A program made the translations under genes and the position numbers. Source: Octopus sinensis (lineage: Eukaryota). Taken from it: DNA of 64,000 nt. Position 1 is the first letter of the stretch; each line of letters begins with the position of its first letter. Below, in pieces: positions 12,807 through 26,188 of the stretch. Below the pieces are notes generated by a model that worked only from the letters and a program-made list of their open reading frames with translations, did not search any database and was not told where the DNA came from. The DNA lies in contig NC_043005.1 in the NCBI RefSeq assembly GCF_006345805.1, positions 16,430,001 to 16,494,000 on the forward strand, given 5' to 3'.

Positions 12807-12866
12807 AACAATTATTCTGTGATGATGAGGGAAATAACCCAGAAATCGCGATACACAGATATTGTT
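12807..12866 (+). ncRNA. Type I hammerhead ribozyme motif, monomer 2 (C3 mutated to A)
   Basis: tctgtg ATGATGA ggg-aaataa-ccc a GAAA tcgcga TA cacaga: stem II GGG/CCC, palindromic stem III ATCGCGAT, AUA cleavage triplet. Confidence 0.7.
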
Positions 12867-13555
12867 TTGAACTGAGTTGGGGTGCTAGATTCCCTTGTTC
12901 GAAAATATAAGGACACAGATCGTGTCATATAGCCAGTTGGAGACGATGTCTCCTGGGGCTAAATTGCAGCAACATTCGTCCTAAACTAGGACTGCCAGGT
13001 TATGTTGGCAAACAATCTTTACTCCATGGTTAGAACACTTTTAATTAAAAGTTTGCCTGATCGGAACTGAACTGGAGCTAAACAACAATAGGGTATCTGA
13101 GTGGAAACAGAATAAACTGTGGTGGTAAACCAGAAAAAGTGAATGATGAGGACAGGGATAACTGGGTGATTTGATTATTGGTATTTGAAACAGCCATGCT
13201 TGATGAACATGGATCAAAACTCGGAGCAGATGATGAATCGATGTTGATTTTATATATCATGTGACCAAACAGACTATCAGATGTTGTTACACATTGCTGG
13301 TCACAATGCGCTTTGCATTATTTTAGCCTTTAAATGAAGCCACCCTGCTGGCTAGACCAGCAGGAAAACATTGATGAACGGGGAGGCTGGGGCAGTATGA
13401 AATGAAATGTTTTGCTCAAGAACACAATGCACAATCCAGTCAGGGGATTGAACCCACAAACTAGTGATCATGAATGCAACAGCCTAACCACTAGGCTGTG
13501 CACCTTCACACACACACACATGCACACACACACACCACACACACATAAATATATC

Positions 13556-13596
<41 letters not shown>

Positions 13597-14859
13597 TATA
13601 TATATATAATGTTATTATTTTGGTGAACTAAGTCTCTTGCTACTCTGAGTTTTACCTGGGGGTGCACAGGATCTTCAGGCAATTATAACTGAAAATTGAA
13701 GGGATTTGAACATCTACTTATCGTTTTCTTGTCATAGGGTGTGGTGATGGAGAGAAAATTTGATAAAGGGGGAAAAAGAAGGAAGATAAAGAGGGAAAAA
13801 GAGAAGTAAAGAAGAAGAAAGAAAAAGAAGAAAAAAGGAACAGAAGGGAAAAGTTTATGAGGAGTACGTTGGGAAAATTCGAAAAGGTGTCTTCAATATA
13901 CAGAATATGTAGTTAAGTGTAAGTACTATAATTAAGACGGTAAACTGAAAATGAACTTTTAATCAATTGATAATTCTACCATCAATGAGAAAAACATAAA
14001 AGCTAATGAAAATTTCTATCAAGTGGAGAAAGGGAGATAACTTTGAAAATTTTTGATTGACCAGGAGCTAAACAACAGCAACAAACACGCAAAATCCTCA
14101 AAACTGTACATATAGCTGAGTGTCACAGGTCCCTACACATTATTAACGCACACCAGCACACATTAAAGAACATCAATGCAAATACAAGCATGATCCTCTT
14201 TAAATTACATTTTCCAGTCAACTAATGAGGGAGCTTCTACATTTGGGCAACAAGGGTGACAACTCGAAATATGGTTCAGTCTTATTAGACTAGACCTCTT
14301 TAGTAAAATATAGTCTACTCACAGTTACCAAGACCTTGGAGCAACTGATATAATTAAAACTCATTTTTGACTCACTACAATAAACATGGTAACCTTCAAT
14401 TAATTATACATACTTTATGCAGAAAAAGCTATTGGAAAATTTCCCAATGTCATTGTTTTAATTTTCCTCGTTAAGAAATTATTTTCATATAATATACTTT
14501 ATAAAATTAGTCACACAGAAACCTTGGCAATTGTTGCCTATACCTTGCTGAAAAGGTTTATTATCATTCAGAGTCGCTAACAATTAGCCCTTGTTATTTT
14601 TTATCATTTTTTTCTTTTGTTTTGTTTGTTTCCTTCTCTCACTCTCCATGAAAGCAATTTCAAAAAATTAAAATTTTATCGTACATAGCAATCAGACCTA
14701 CCCCTCCTCCATAATTTTATTATCTAAATTCATACCACTAGCCTATTTGAGTTATTTTCTCTTGGCTCCTTTTTTTATTTTAATTATTCAGATTATTTAT
14801 TGACTAAGAGTGCTCTGAACTCTTTTTTCAATATGTTAAGTCATTCATATCCATTCGAA

Positions 14860-15490
14860 GGCAAGAATAACCATCACGCAGAATTCTGTTCTTGATTCGA
14901 CGGTCATTTGGAATGCTCACAGCAGCCATATTCCTACCGCTCTATGTCACGCTGGTGAGACCCATATTGGAGTACAGGATTCAAGACTCTTCTCCTTATC
15001 TCCTCAAAGACATACAGCATCTCAAAAGAGTCCAGAAGCTGGCTACCCACATGGTTCTTGGTCTCAAGAATTTGTCTTATGAAGAAAGGCTGAAGACGCT
15101 CGACCTTTATTCTCTAGAAAAACGACAACGCCGTGGAGGTCTCATTCTTGCTCACATCATAAGCGGAAAGTGTAACCTCTCGAAAGAGCTGTTCTTCACT
15201 CCTGCTCCAGAGCGTCAGCTGCGGAGTCATTCCAAAAAGCTCTATCTGCAACGATTTCATCTCAATCGAAGGAGAGGGGCTTTCTCCGTCCGGGTTGCAG
15301 ATCCGTGGAATAAGCTGCCAGACGAGATGAAGATGCCGACGACCGCTCGGTTCAAAGTCTCCCTTGACCTCAAGTGGCCTGAACTCTTTACATGAACACC
15401 ACCCTGTACATAACTCCATGTCCCCCTACATGGCCTTGCTTTTTGCTTTTTGAGCCAAAAAATTAACTAACTAACTAACTAACTAACTAA
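14860..15490 (+). mobile_element. 5'-truncated CR1/L2-clade LINE 3' end with (TAAC)n tail
   Basis: ORF 14892-15395 LYVTLVRPILEY...LSYEERLKTLDLYSLEKR...F..RV...WNKLP is the typical CR1-type post-RT C-terminus; (TAAC)n at 15464-15490. Confidence 0.9.
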
Positions 15491-15668
15491 GGCCATGCTG
15501 TGACCTTTGTCATTTTAATTATGCAAATTCCTTTTGACTAAAATTAATAAACTCTTTCTGTGTATGCAAATTGTCCCTATCTGTTTGAAGATGAGAAAGA
15601 CCATGCTATGCTGATGAGATCAGATTAAGGCTCACAAATGTATCAATAGCTGTCCCTGGACTATTTAA

Positions 15669-15887
15669 CCCTTTAGTATTTAAACCGGCCATATCCGGCC
15701 AAAATATTTAATCTGTTTCATGTTCAAACTGACCAGATTTAGGCCCTCACACCTACTCTACAATGTTATTCTACATTAAGTAATTACACCATCAAGATCT
15801 TGAAGATATGAGATATTGCATGATTAATTCAAATCAATGGGAATCAATAAGCATTATGTTTGATAGAATAATCTGAACACTAAAGGG
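15669..15887. mobile_element. piggyBac-type MITE
   Basis: TTAA|CCCTTTAGT...ACTAAAGGG|TTAA; relatives at 25969-26188, ~7570-7780 and ~32385-32503. Confidence 0.9.
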
Positions 15888-16119
15888 TTAAACATGCTAA
15901 CAAGTGAAACAAATCAGATTTTCTTTATTTTCTACTATACCCATTGGAATGCTACTTATTTCTCATTTTAGTCACCTTAAAAATACAAGAGGCAAATATC
16001 CTCTCTGTGCCCCTGGAGATGAGGCTAGTCTATAGTGGGCAACCTGTTGCAGGAATCAAATTGAGCACTACTTGGCAGTGAATTTCTCATCAAATACATA
16101 CTGCTTACAACAAAGAATT

Positions 16120-16442
16120 GTGAAGGCGCATGGCTCAGTGGTTAGAGTGTCGAGCTTACGATCATGAGGTTGTGAGCTCAAATCCTGAACCAGGCTGCAT
16201 GTTGTGTTCTTGAGCAAGACACTTTATTTCACATTGCTCCAGTTCACTCAACTGTAGAAATGAGTTGCCAAGCTGTATCGGCCGTTGACTTTCCATTGAA
16301 TAACAATGGTGGCATGGAGAGGGGATGCCAGTATGCATGGGCAACTGCTGGTCGTCCACAAACAACCTTGCCTGGACTTGTATCTGGGAAGGTAACTTTC
16401 TAGGTGCAATCCCATAGTCTGTGTCATGACCGAAGGGGGTCT
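16120..16442 (+). mobile_element. SINE family D (tRNA-derived head)
   Basis: ggcgcatggctcagtggttagagtgtcgagcttacgatcatgaggttgtgagctcaaatcc. Copies at 23478-23812(+), 27848-28190(-), 30244-30410(-) and 58873-59222(-). Confidence 0.85.
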
Positions 16443-16775
16443 CAGATGCAACAAAGAATTACACCATTGTGTAATACAACTTTGTAGTGAAAGCTGAGAA
16501 GGAGGGCCTTTACATGGTTACTTAACCTTGAAGAAATAGCAGTCAAACTCCTTCAACTCACTGGCTTAAAAGCATTCTCTTTTACTCTTTTACTTGTTTC
16601 AGTCATTTGACTGTAGCCATGCTGGAGCACCGCCTTTAGTCAAGCAAATCGACCCCAGGACATTCTATCAGTCTCTTTTGCCGAACCATTAAGTTACGGG
16701 GGCGTAAACACACCAGCATCAGTTGTCAAGTGATGTTGGGGGGGACAAACACAGATACACAAATGGACACACACG

Positions 16776-16817
<42 letters not shown>

Positions 16818-16818
16818 C

Positions 16819-16863
<45 letters not shown>

Positions 16864-17496
16864 CATATATACATATATATGACAGGCTTCTTTTCAGTTT
16901 CCATCTACCAAAACCACTCACAAGGCTTTGGTCTGCCCGAGGCTATAGTAGAAGACACTTGCCCAAGGTACCATGCAGTGGGACTGAACCCGGAACCATG
17001 TGGCTGGTAAGCAAGCTACTTACCACACAGCCACTCCTACGCCATTATAATTTTTTTTTTAAATGTGCTTTTAAGGCTAGAAATATTTTCATTATAGGCC
17101 TGCTCAATTATGGTTGACCTGGTGCTAAACAACAACCTTCATATAGCTAATGGACTGACCCATCAAGGGCTGAATATCTTAGTTATAGAAATATTAAAAT
17201 ACGATGTGAACTGCTGGCATTTTAGCTTCTAACTCAACACTCTGACAATTGGAGAGCATGTTCTGGCTAGATGGTTAAAAGCACCGTTAGGCTGAAATTG
17301 AAGCCTTGGAGATTTGAAGTTCAATCACAGTTCGAGACAGTGGTGATGCTATAAAATAAAATTCGGGAACAAAAAAAGATATTAAAAGGGAATAAACAGA
17401 ATAAAAAAAAAAATCAGAAGAAGAAAAGAGGAAATGAAGACAAAGACCAGAGATATGTCTAACTGATGAAGGTAAATCACTACAAAACACTCTCAC

Positions 17497-17634
17497 CTGT
17501 TCATGATGTTCTGAAAGAACTCGGTGAGCGAACATGTCATCTACAGTTGTAGGTTCAATCCCTGCCTCATCTGCTGTTTCCGTGGGTACATCTTGCTTTT
17601 TCACAGATACATCTTTTGATTGGTCCGTAGTATC
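17497..17634 (-). CDS. Coding exon ending in VDDMFAHRVLSEHHEQ
   Basis: Acceptor gtatcacag|GAT; 138 nt, phase 0-0, DTTDQSKDVSVKKQDVPTETADEAGIEPTT...; donor CAG|GTGAGA; shares a 16-aa terminal motif with the 29.7-kb exon. Confidence 0.8.
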
Positions 17635-17699
17635 CTGTGATACATACTTAGTTTAGTGGATCAAGATACAACTAAGTAGTCCCAAAGTTAGCACACATT

Positions 17700-18097
17700 A
17701 GTGGTAGTAGTAGTAGTAGTAATAGTAGTAGCAGCAGCAGCAGTAATAATGGTAGTGGTTGTTGTTAGTAATAGCAATAATAGTAGCAACAGCAGTGATA
17801 GTAGTAGTTTGGGGCAATAGTGTGTAAACGATTATTGCGGTAGCAAAAAAAATTAAAAAGAACAATATATATATATACACACATACATATACATACATAT
17901 ATATATACATACATATATACATATATATACATACATATACATACATATATATATATACATACATACATATACATACATATATATATACATACATACATAT
18001 ACATACATATATATATAGATACATATATTTACATATATATATATACACATACATATATATACATATATATAATACACATACATATGTATATATATAT

Positions 18098-18140
<43 letters not shown>

Positions 18141-18143
18141 GAC

Positions 18144-18174
<31 letters not shown>

Positions 18175-18175
18175 T

Positions 18176-18209
<34 letters not shown>

Positions 18210-18215
18210 ATATAT
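17700..18215. repeat. Compound microsatellite (AGT)n/(AGC)n then (TA)n/(TACA)n
   Basis: Direct reading. Confidence 0.95.
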
Positions 18216-18766
18216 TGAGTGAAATATCTGTGCTACCAAAAAGCAAAAAAGCACAATAATTAACCCTGATCCAAAAAATAAATCATCACCACGTGTGAAG
18301 TCAGAAAACAAAATTGTGCACAATATTATTATGTTAGTGTCCATATGAAAATGAAAATCTAATTCTGAATTTTTTAAAAAAATGAACAGATTAGAAAAAT
18401 CACCACAAGAAGGAATGAAAGGAAATCAGCAAGAAATACCAAAAGGATAAGAAAGAAAACACACCAAAAGTTGTAATTAAAAGTCCAAAGGTCTAAAATA
18501 TATTAAGACTATTAATTTTTTTTTCTCTAGAAATGATTGTCACTAAAAATTAGGTGAATAATGAGGAAAATTATAATCTTCACAAACATGTAGAGGGAAA
18601 AATATTAGAGTTTCATTATTATTATTATTATTTTGAAATGGCACAGTCTCACATGTGAGACTGTACCACTTCACTTCACGTGGTGAAGTGAAAAATTCTG
18701 ACCTATTGAGATTAATGCAAGTGATCAATAGGCAAAATCTCTTTCTAGAGGTGTTTAAAATCTAGT

Positions 18767-19150
18767 GGCTGTGTAGTAAGTAGCTTGTTTACCAACCACA
18801 TGGTTCCGGGTTCAGTCCCACTGCATGGCACCTTGGGCAAGTGTCTTCTGCTATAGCCTTGGGCCGACCAAAGCCCTGTGAGTGGATTTGGTAGACAGAA
18901 ACTGAAAGAAGCCCGTCGTATATATGTATATATATATATGAGTGTGTGTGTGTCTGTGTTTGTCCCCCTAGCATTGCTTGACAACCGATGCTGGTGTGTT
19001 TATGTCCCCGTTACTTAGCGGTTCGGCAAAAGAGACCGATTGAATAAGTACTGGGCTTACAAAAGAATAAGTCCCGGGATCAAGTTGCTCGATTAAAGGC
19101 GGTGCTCCAGCTTGGCCGCAGTCAAATGACTGAAACAAGTAAAAGAGAGA
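18767..19150 (+). mobile_element. SINE family B copy
   Basis: gtggctgtgtagtaag...ggttcagtccc...gtcaaatgactgaaacaagtaaaagag. Confidence 0.85.
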
Positions 19151-19304
19151 GAGTAAACAAGGGAGGTCACTCCAATAAGATCAGTTGATTGAAATATTTT
19201 AAAGATATAGATCAGTGGTTCTCAACCATTTTTTTCCTATGGATCTCTTTGATTTCTATTTTACAAGGATGGCCCGTCACAGCCAGTCGATGTTTAAAAA
19301 ATCC

Positions 19305-19500
19305 CATGGCCATGTGTTACATATGGATGAGGACAGCTGTGTGAAGAAATATCACTCCCTAACTGTGGAAGGAACCTGTGGAAGTGGTAGACACTGGAAG
19401 ACATGGAATGAGGTGGTGAAGCATGACCTTCGAACATTGGGCCTCATAGAGGCAATGACAGGAGACCAAAACCTTTAGAGATATGCTGTGATTGAGAAGA
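19305..19500 (+). mobile_element. RTE-clade LINE 3' fragment
   Basis: GHVLHMDEDSCVKK...LTVEGTCGSGRHWKTWNEVVKHDLRTLGL resembles the RTE C-terminus; related pieces at 49690-49905 and 37140-37295. Confidence 0.75.
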
Positions 19501-21321
19501 CCTGGCAACTAAAGTGAGATCACAGCCATGCATGTCTGGCCCAGTTAAGAGTACCCTTGATACGTTGTGTGATATGATATGCTTGAGAAGACTTGTTGAG
19601 TCAAGTAAAACCAATATCGTAGCTGTGGCCAGTGGGGATAGTTGATTAAATCAACCCCAGTGCCTGACTGGTACTTTATTTTATCCTTTACAAAAGGATA
19701 AGAGACAAAGTTGACCTTGGTGGTTTTTAAGATTGGAAAGAACTGGAAGAAATGCCACTTAGCATTTTGTCCAAAGTGTTAAGGATTTGGTCAGCTCAAT
19801 AACAACAACAATAAATATTTTTTATATTTGCCACAGGGGCATCGGATGAGGGAATTATACAGTTTACACTCTTGGTGGATGGGGGATATAGAAAGATAGG
19901 GAGAAGAAAGGGATAGGAGGGGAAGATGAGATCAAGTGTATATACAGTGTGCAGAATGTGAGAACAGATAGATACTCCACTCCTAATATAGAAGAGCCTC
20001 CATCTAGAACCAATCAAGGAACCCCACAGATTTAGGGGTCACCCTGACCTCCAAGGCCACACACCTTCATCCAACAGTTGTTCCCCAATCTACAGGCATG
20101 CTTTTATTAATATCACAAGAACACTGGATGAAGGAACATTAGAAGAAGAGGTTATGAAAATTGTAGGAACTACACAATAGTCAAATGAATGAAGAGAAAA
20201 AAAACAATTAGTAAGTACAGTATACAAGTATATATGTTGAAGTCCTAAGGAAAGAGCCACCACCTAGAGCCAGTCAAGGAACCCCACAAATGACATCTAA
20301 GGGAATACCTTCTCCTGATATCATTTTCCTATCTTTAGGACCATGCCAAGAATAAGCCCATGGCCTTGATTTCATGATCCCCACTTTCATCTACCTTTCA
20401 GTAAGTTTACTTGGGGTGGGGTAGGAGGCAGTACTCTCCTCTTCATCCTTACCCTCTTCTCAGAGTAGAAACTGTAAGTCGATAAAGGCTTAATCAAAGA
20501 GAAAAGTGTCTGATTTCAGTCTAATTTATTTTAAGAGAGAACAGCCCTGCCAATCTGAATGCAAATAACTCTACATGGAGACAAAATCTTTAACAGCACC
20601 TCTCCAACCACTCAATATATTTGTGGTCATCACCATGGCCACAATTTAGAAAGAAAACAAGCCAATCCAATAGTATATATATCTAAGAGAGGGCTTCATG
20701 GTAGAGAAATACTAGGTCTGGATTCCATTATATACATCAGAATCATATATGAAAACTGAAAGGGCATAGTAAGTAGGGGCTAGGATCGTTTCAAGCCACT
20801 GATACAAGGATTGAGTTTTTTTTTTTAAATGCCATGCAGAAGCTATTATCTAAGGGTTCAAAAATACAAAACTTTTGGTGAAATTTTCACTTCCAAAAGA
20901 ATGAAGAACTCCTCGTTACATTCAATGCATGCAACTTCTAAAATGGATAAACACTACACTAATCCCAAGAAGCTTCAAACAAAGAAATAAAGAGATGCAA
21001 GCATGATGTGAAAAGTGTGAAGTAGTTTCCAACAACTAGAGTAAGGGTTCAATTCTGTAGAGTTCATGCAGCAGACTTCTTAAGGTTAGATTAAACAACT
21101 GTCATGGTTTTTTTTTAATCTAACCAAATTTACAAAATTTCGCTTTGTAAAAATATCATACAAGGAGCAGGTGTGGTTGTGTGATTAAGAAGCTGAGCTC
21201 CCAACCATGTCATCTCAGGTTCAGTCCCACTATACAGTACCTTGGCCAAGCATCTTCTACTATAATCACAGGCTAACCAAAGTCTTGTAAGTGGATTTAA
21301 TAGGCAGAAACTGAAAGGAGC

Positions 21322-21352
<31 letters not shown>

Positions 21353-23825
21353 TGTGCATGTGTGCATGGGCGTGTGTGCTCCTGTCATTACAGTATGTGA
21401 TAGTTGTAAATGAACATCTTACAAGCAGATTTTGGTCCTTTCCACTATTCAATGATGACATGTCTGGCCATGAAAAATATTATCTTGCATGGAAACAGTT
21501 GAGGGTTGCTGACAAAAAGGACATCAAACCAAGCAGACGATGATGATGATGATGACAACAATGATGATGATGACGATGATGATGATTCAAGACATAATTT
21601 GTCATGTCTCCATAATTACATTCTCTTGTTTAAGACTTCTTTCTACCTTCTAGGGAATTTGTAAATACTTAAAATTGTTTCATCATCATTGTTTAACGTC
21701 CGTTTTTCATGCTAGCATGGGTTAGACGGTTCAACTGGGGTCTGGGAAGCCAGAAGGCTGCGCCAGGCTCAGTCTGATCTGCCAATGTTTCTACGGCTGG
21801 ATGCCCTTCCTAAAGCCAACCACGCCATGAGTGTAGTGGGTGCTTTTTACATGCCACCGGCACGGGGGCCAGACGAGGCTGGCAACGGCCACAATCGGAT
21901 GGTGCTTTTTTACGTGCCACCAGCACGGATGCCAGTCGGGGCGAGTAAAATGGTAATAATAATAATAATAATAATATTGAAAGGATGTGAAACAAGTCAC
22001 TGTCTCAGTTTGAACCTCAACTGTTTTCTTTCACTTTAGAAAGATTCTAAAACCGGAATCTTTAAGATTGAGTCATCACATCAGCAAAAATTTGGCCAGT
22101 AAAAGTGTAAAGCAATACATCCTGGATTTTCAAGTGATGGAGTTACAACAAAGAGCTTAACAGGCAGTCAAGTTTGAATTACATGACTAAAAAAGCATGA
22201 TGACCACCTAGTTCTTGCTTTTAGCTGAGTCTCCACAACTGAAATAACAAGATGCTGTGTTGTAAAAAAAAGAACCATCTACAATAACACTATCACATCC
22301 ATCACTTTTGAAGGCATATTCTTGCTTCTCTCTCAACAGACATTCTTCTCCTATGACCAGAACTCTCCAATGTCACTTTTGGGCACTTTGCTCTCTTAAT
22401 CATTTTTTTTTTTTACATCTTTTAATAAACTGATCATGTTCCATGTAAACTTGTAACAGTAAATCAGATTATGATTTGCAAACGTCAAAACATTCAAGTC
22501 TTATTTTTGCAACATTATTTTCAGCTTGATATTCGAAACTGCCCTGTTGCCATAAAAGGGTAGGAATCAAATTTTAAAAAAAAAAGAACCCTTCCAAAAA
22601 TTGAAAATTTACAAAAGATTTTAAAAACTGAAATACATTTTGAAACTTCAAAATATATGGCATCTTTTATTAAAAAATTATACAAAATATAAGTTTTGAT
22701 TTCAAATCAAAATGCCCTTTGTGGGCTCCAGTCAATAATTCATTGCTACCTACTGTTGCTTATAGCAATGAGCTCTAAGCTAGGTTAAGAAGGGAGTAAG
22801 GTGAGATAGTTTAGTTTGGAATTGAGCCTATGTTGCAGAGTGTGCTCTACAGGACTTGTAGGTTGTAACAAATGGCATTCTGTTGACCAAAAACATTATC
22901 ATTCACACAACACACACACACACACAAGCGGATATACATACATAATCTATGTGGTCACCTGCTAGATATAACAGCAAAATATCCCTAAAATCCTACATTA
23001 CTGAATTTGAAGGACATGTAAAAACACACATTGGTTAAGACCTAGATATGTTATGCCAGACAAAAAAAAAAAGCTGGCCACTACTAGAGTGTTTTAGACA
23101 TAAGGTTTTATGGATCAAATCTGATCTAGAGCTAAACTATCATAGCAACAACAAAGAGTCATTTTTAGAACATACGTAGTCTTTTCTACTTTAGGCACAA
23201 GGCCTGATATTTTTGAGGAGGTGGCCAGTCAATTAGATCGACCTGGTACTTAATTTATCAACCCCAAAAGGATGAAAGGCAAAACTGACCTCGGCGGAAT
23301 TTGGGGATGGTCATATTTTGCTAATTAAACACACTATATACATGGGCCTCACTTTTGCTTTATTATTACTCCTAGTTTAGTATCCTTTGTCTTAAATTTT
23401 TTGTCACACATTTTGTGATCTCTTCAGCAACACACCATCCCACTTATCTCCTCCTGTTCAGCATTATATATATATAATGGCACATGGCTCAGTGGTTAGA
23501 GCGTCGAGCTTACGATCATGAGGTTGTGAGCTCGAATCCCGGTCCGGGCTGCGTGTTGTGTTCTTGAGCAAAGCACTTTATTTTTCACGTTGCTCCAGTT
23601 CACTCAGCTGTAGAAATGAGTTGCGACGTCACTGGTGCCAAGCTGTACCGACCTTTGTCTTTCCCTAGGATAACACTGGTGGCGTGGAGAGGGGAGGCTG
23701 GTACGCATGGGCGACTGCTGGTCTTCCATAAACAACCTTGCCCGGACTTGTGTCTAGGAGGGTAACTTTCTAGGTGCAATCCCATGGTCATTCATGACCG
23801 AAGGGGTCTTTACCCTTTATATATA

Positions 23826-23868
<43 letters not shown>

Positions 23869-25968
23869 ATATATATATAATATATATATATATGTATATA
23901 TACATAACATATGGGTACAAGTATGATGGTGAGATTTATAAGGTCACTTTGCAAACTTTTAATTTCAAGTTTGATGCAACTGCATGTCCCCCGCTATAGC
24001 CATGAGTTGTCCAATGACTTCTGAGTGGAAAATTTGTTAGGCAGAAATTTTATATATTTCCAGTGTGTGTGTGTATGCATGTGAGACAGAAAAATGGCAT
24101 TGAAGAAGAATGTGAATAAAGAAAGTAGAAGAAAATGCCTCACAGTATTACAATATTGTAATGCCCGACCATTTCTTATTTCTTTATTGCCCACAAGGGG
24201 CTAAACATAGAGGGGACAAACAAGGACAGACAAAGGGATTAAGTTGATCAACCCCAGTGCGTAACCGGTACTTAATTTAGCAACCCCGAAAGGATGAAAG
24301 GCAAAGTCGACCTTGGCGGAATTTGAACTCAGAACGCAACGGTAGCAAAATACCGCTAAGCAATTCACCCAGCATGCTAACGTTTCTGCCAACTCGCAGC
24401 TTTTTTACCTATCATTTATGCCAACTTTAGTCTATCACATATATTGATTTGTCTTAATTTAGACACAAGAATAGAAATCAGGTACAAAATATATTAGCTG
24501 TGTAAATGAAGAGAGAGAGAGAGAATGCTTTGATTAGGATCTGAATCTAAATCACAGATCTTGTTGTAAATCATTCGTCACCAGAGATCTTCTTTGGACA
24601 GCTTATTAGATTTACATAAGGAAAACGCTGGAAAACTCTCTTTCTCAAAGACATGATGAACGCAAGTGGAATTTTATAAGTTTGGGTTTTTTTTTTAATA
24701 AATCAAGACAAAAGAAAAATAAAATAAAATAACAAATTTAAATATTAGTGAAACAAGGTGGAAACAGATGAGGAGAATAGAGGGAAGAATAGGTGGTAAA
24801 AAGGGTAAGAGATTGAAGGGGAAAGTAAAAAGAGGAGAGAAAGGGAGATTGGAAATAAAGAACTGTGGAGATTAATGTGTAGAAAGAAGAAGAAAGTCAA
24901 TAGAGAGAAGAAGATGGTTGAAGGAATGAGTATAAAGTTTACAGAAGAAAGTTAATGAAATAGTCATAAAAGGAGAAAAAAGAAGGAAAGTTAAAAATGA
25001 AGGGAATGGAAGAATAATGGAAGCAGAAGAAGAATAGGTTAAAAAAAAAGAATGAATGAAAAAGAATGAAATGGGAAAATATTGAAAGAATGAAGAAGAA
25101 CACAAAGAGGAAAACATAACTGAACATGGTAAAATGATTTAGCAATCATCTGTCAGTAAAATTTAAGAAAGTTAAAAAAGCACAGCAAAATCAACACCCA
25201 CACCAAATATGTTTTTAAGAAAGACAGGGGAGGTTAGATACTCGGGGATTCACTCAGCATGTAAACTAAATGGTAAAAATCAGAGCAAATATTTCTGATG
25301 CCTTAAGTCAAGAAGTTCCAATTAATTCAAATTACACTGGTGATAAGGAGAAAATCATTAGCTTAACGAGTAATTTTCTTCAACAGAGACAGAAGAGATA
25401 GATGAATAATTTCACTGAACAAAATCTATGTTTCACTGAGGTCGTTTGATAAGACTGAAATGTGTCCAGAGTTATCATCGTACTGTCAACATCAGAATCA
25501 ATCTGATCTCACCTCACCACATTGTCCACATTTTTTTTTGATTATTCAAACATTTGTGAAAAATGCTTTTCTGTCTAGGCTTTTTCTCTTCAATGTGCAT
25601 ATATTTAGTGGTTTTCATTCTTTTTTCTGGTTATTGCCTTCACAACTGAATGCATGAAGACTGCCATCAGGTGCTAACAAACTCACATTGTTATTAAAAG
25701 ATGACTGGGAAACCTCTGCTTCTATAATTACCTTTTTGGTTGCTTCATTTGTTTTACTTTTGTAAAAAAGAAAGAATTTAATTCGTACTTTGTATCGATT
25801 CTCTCTTCCACTCAAGAGCAAAAACAGATATATAACTAAAAGGGGCCTATTTTTAACTGATCTTAATTTTTTTTTAAATTTATCTCTCCTAACCATTCTT
25901 GACCAAAATTACTCATTGAATTAATGATTTTTTTACCAATACTCCAAGGAATAATTGTAATAATTTAA

Positions 25969-26188
25969 CCCTTTAGCATTTAAACTAGTCATATCCAACC
26001 CAGTATGTTCTACCTGTTTTATATGCAACTGACTGGATCCAGCCTCTCACACCTACCCTACAATGTCATTTTAAGAATAAACCATCACATCATTGAAATC
26101 ACAAAACTGTGAGATAATGTATGTTTAATTTGAAATGATGTGAATAAATAAGTATTACATTTGACGAAGTAATTCCGATACTAAAGGG
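25969..26188. mobile_element. piggyBac-type MITE (same family)
   Basis: TTAA|CCCTTTAG...CTAAAGGG|TTGA. Confidence 0.85.

Larger units (their letters stand above)
12232..13024 (+). mobile_element. Tandem (2.25 x ~352 bp) hammerhead-bearing insertion with 13-bp TSD; non-LTR retrozyme-like
   Basis: Monomers start at ~12236, 12589 and 12940 (third partial), about 95% identical by eye. TSD CATGGTTAGAACA at 12219-12231 and 13025-13037. One HHR motif per full monomer; no ORF. Confidence 0.8.

Noticed and set aside
16120-16200. tRNA gene calls at SINE heads (also 23478, 40793, 59150)
   Set aside because: A/B boxes are present, but the cloverleaf is incomplete and continues into repeat bodies.
25687-25760. 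Candidate exon ending AAT|GTGAGT (or an 18-nt microexon SSFNNN)
   Set aside because: Good donor, but the acceptors are weak or out of phase with the neighbouring exons; needs RNA evidence.
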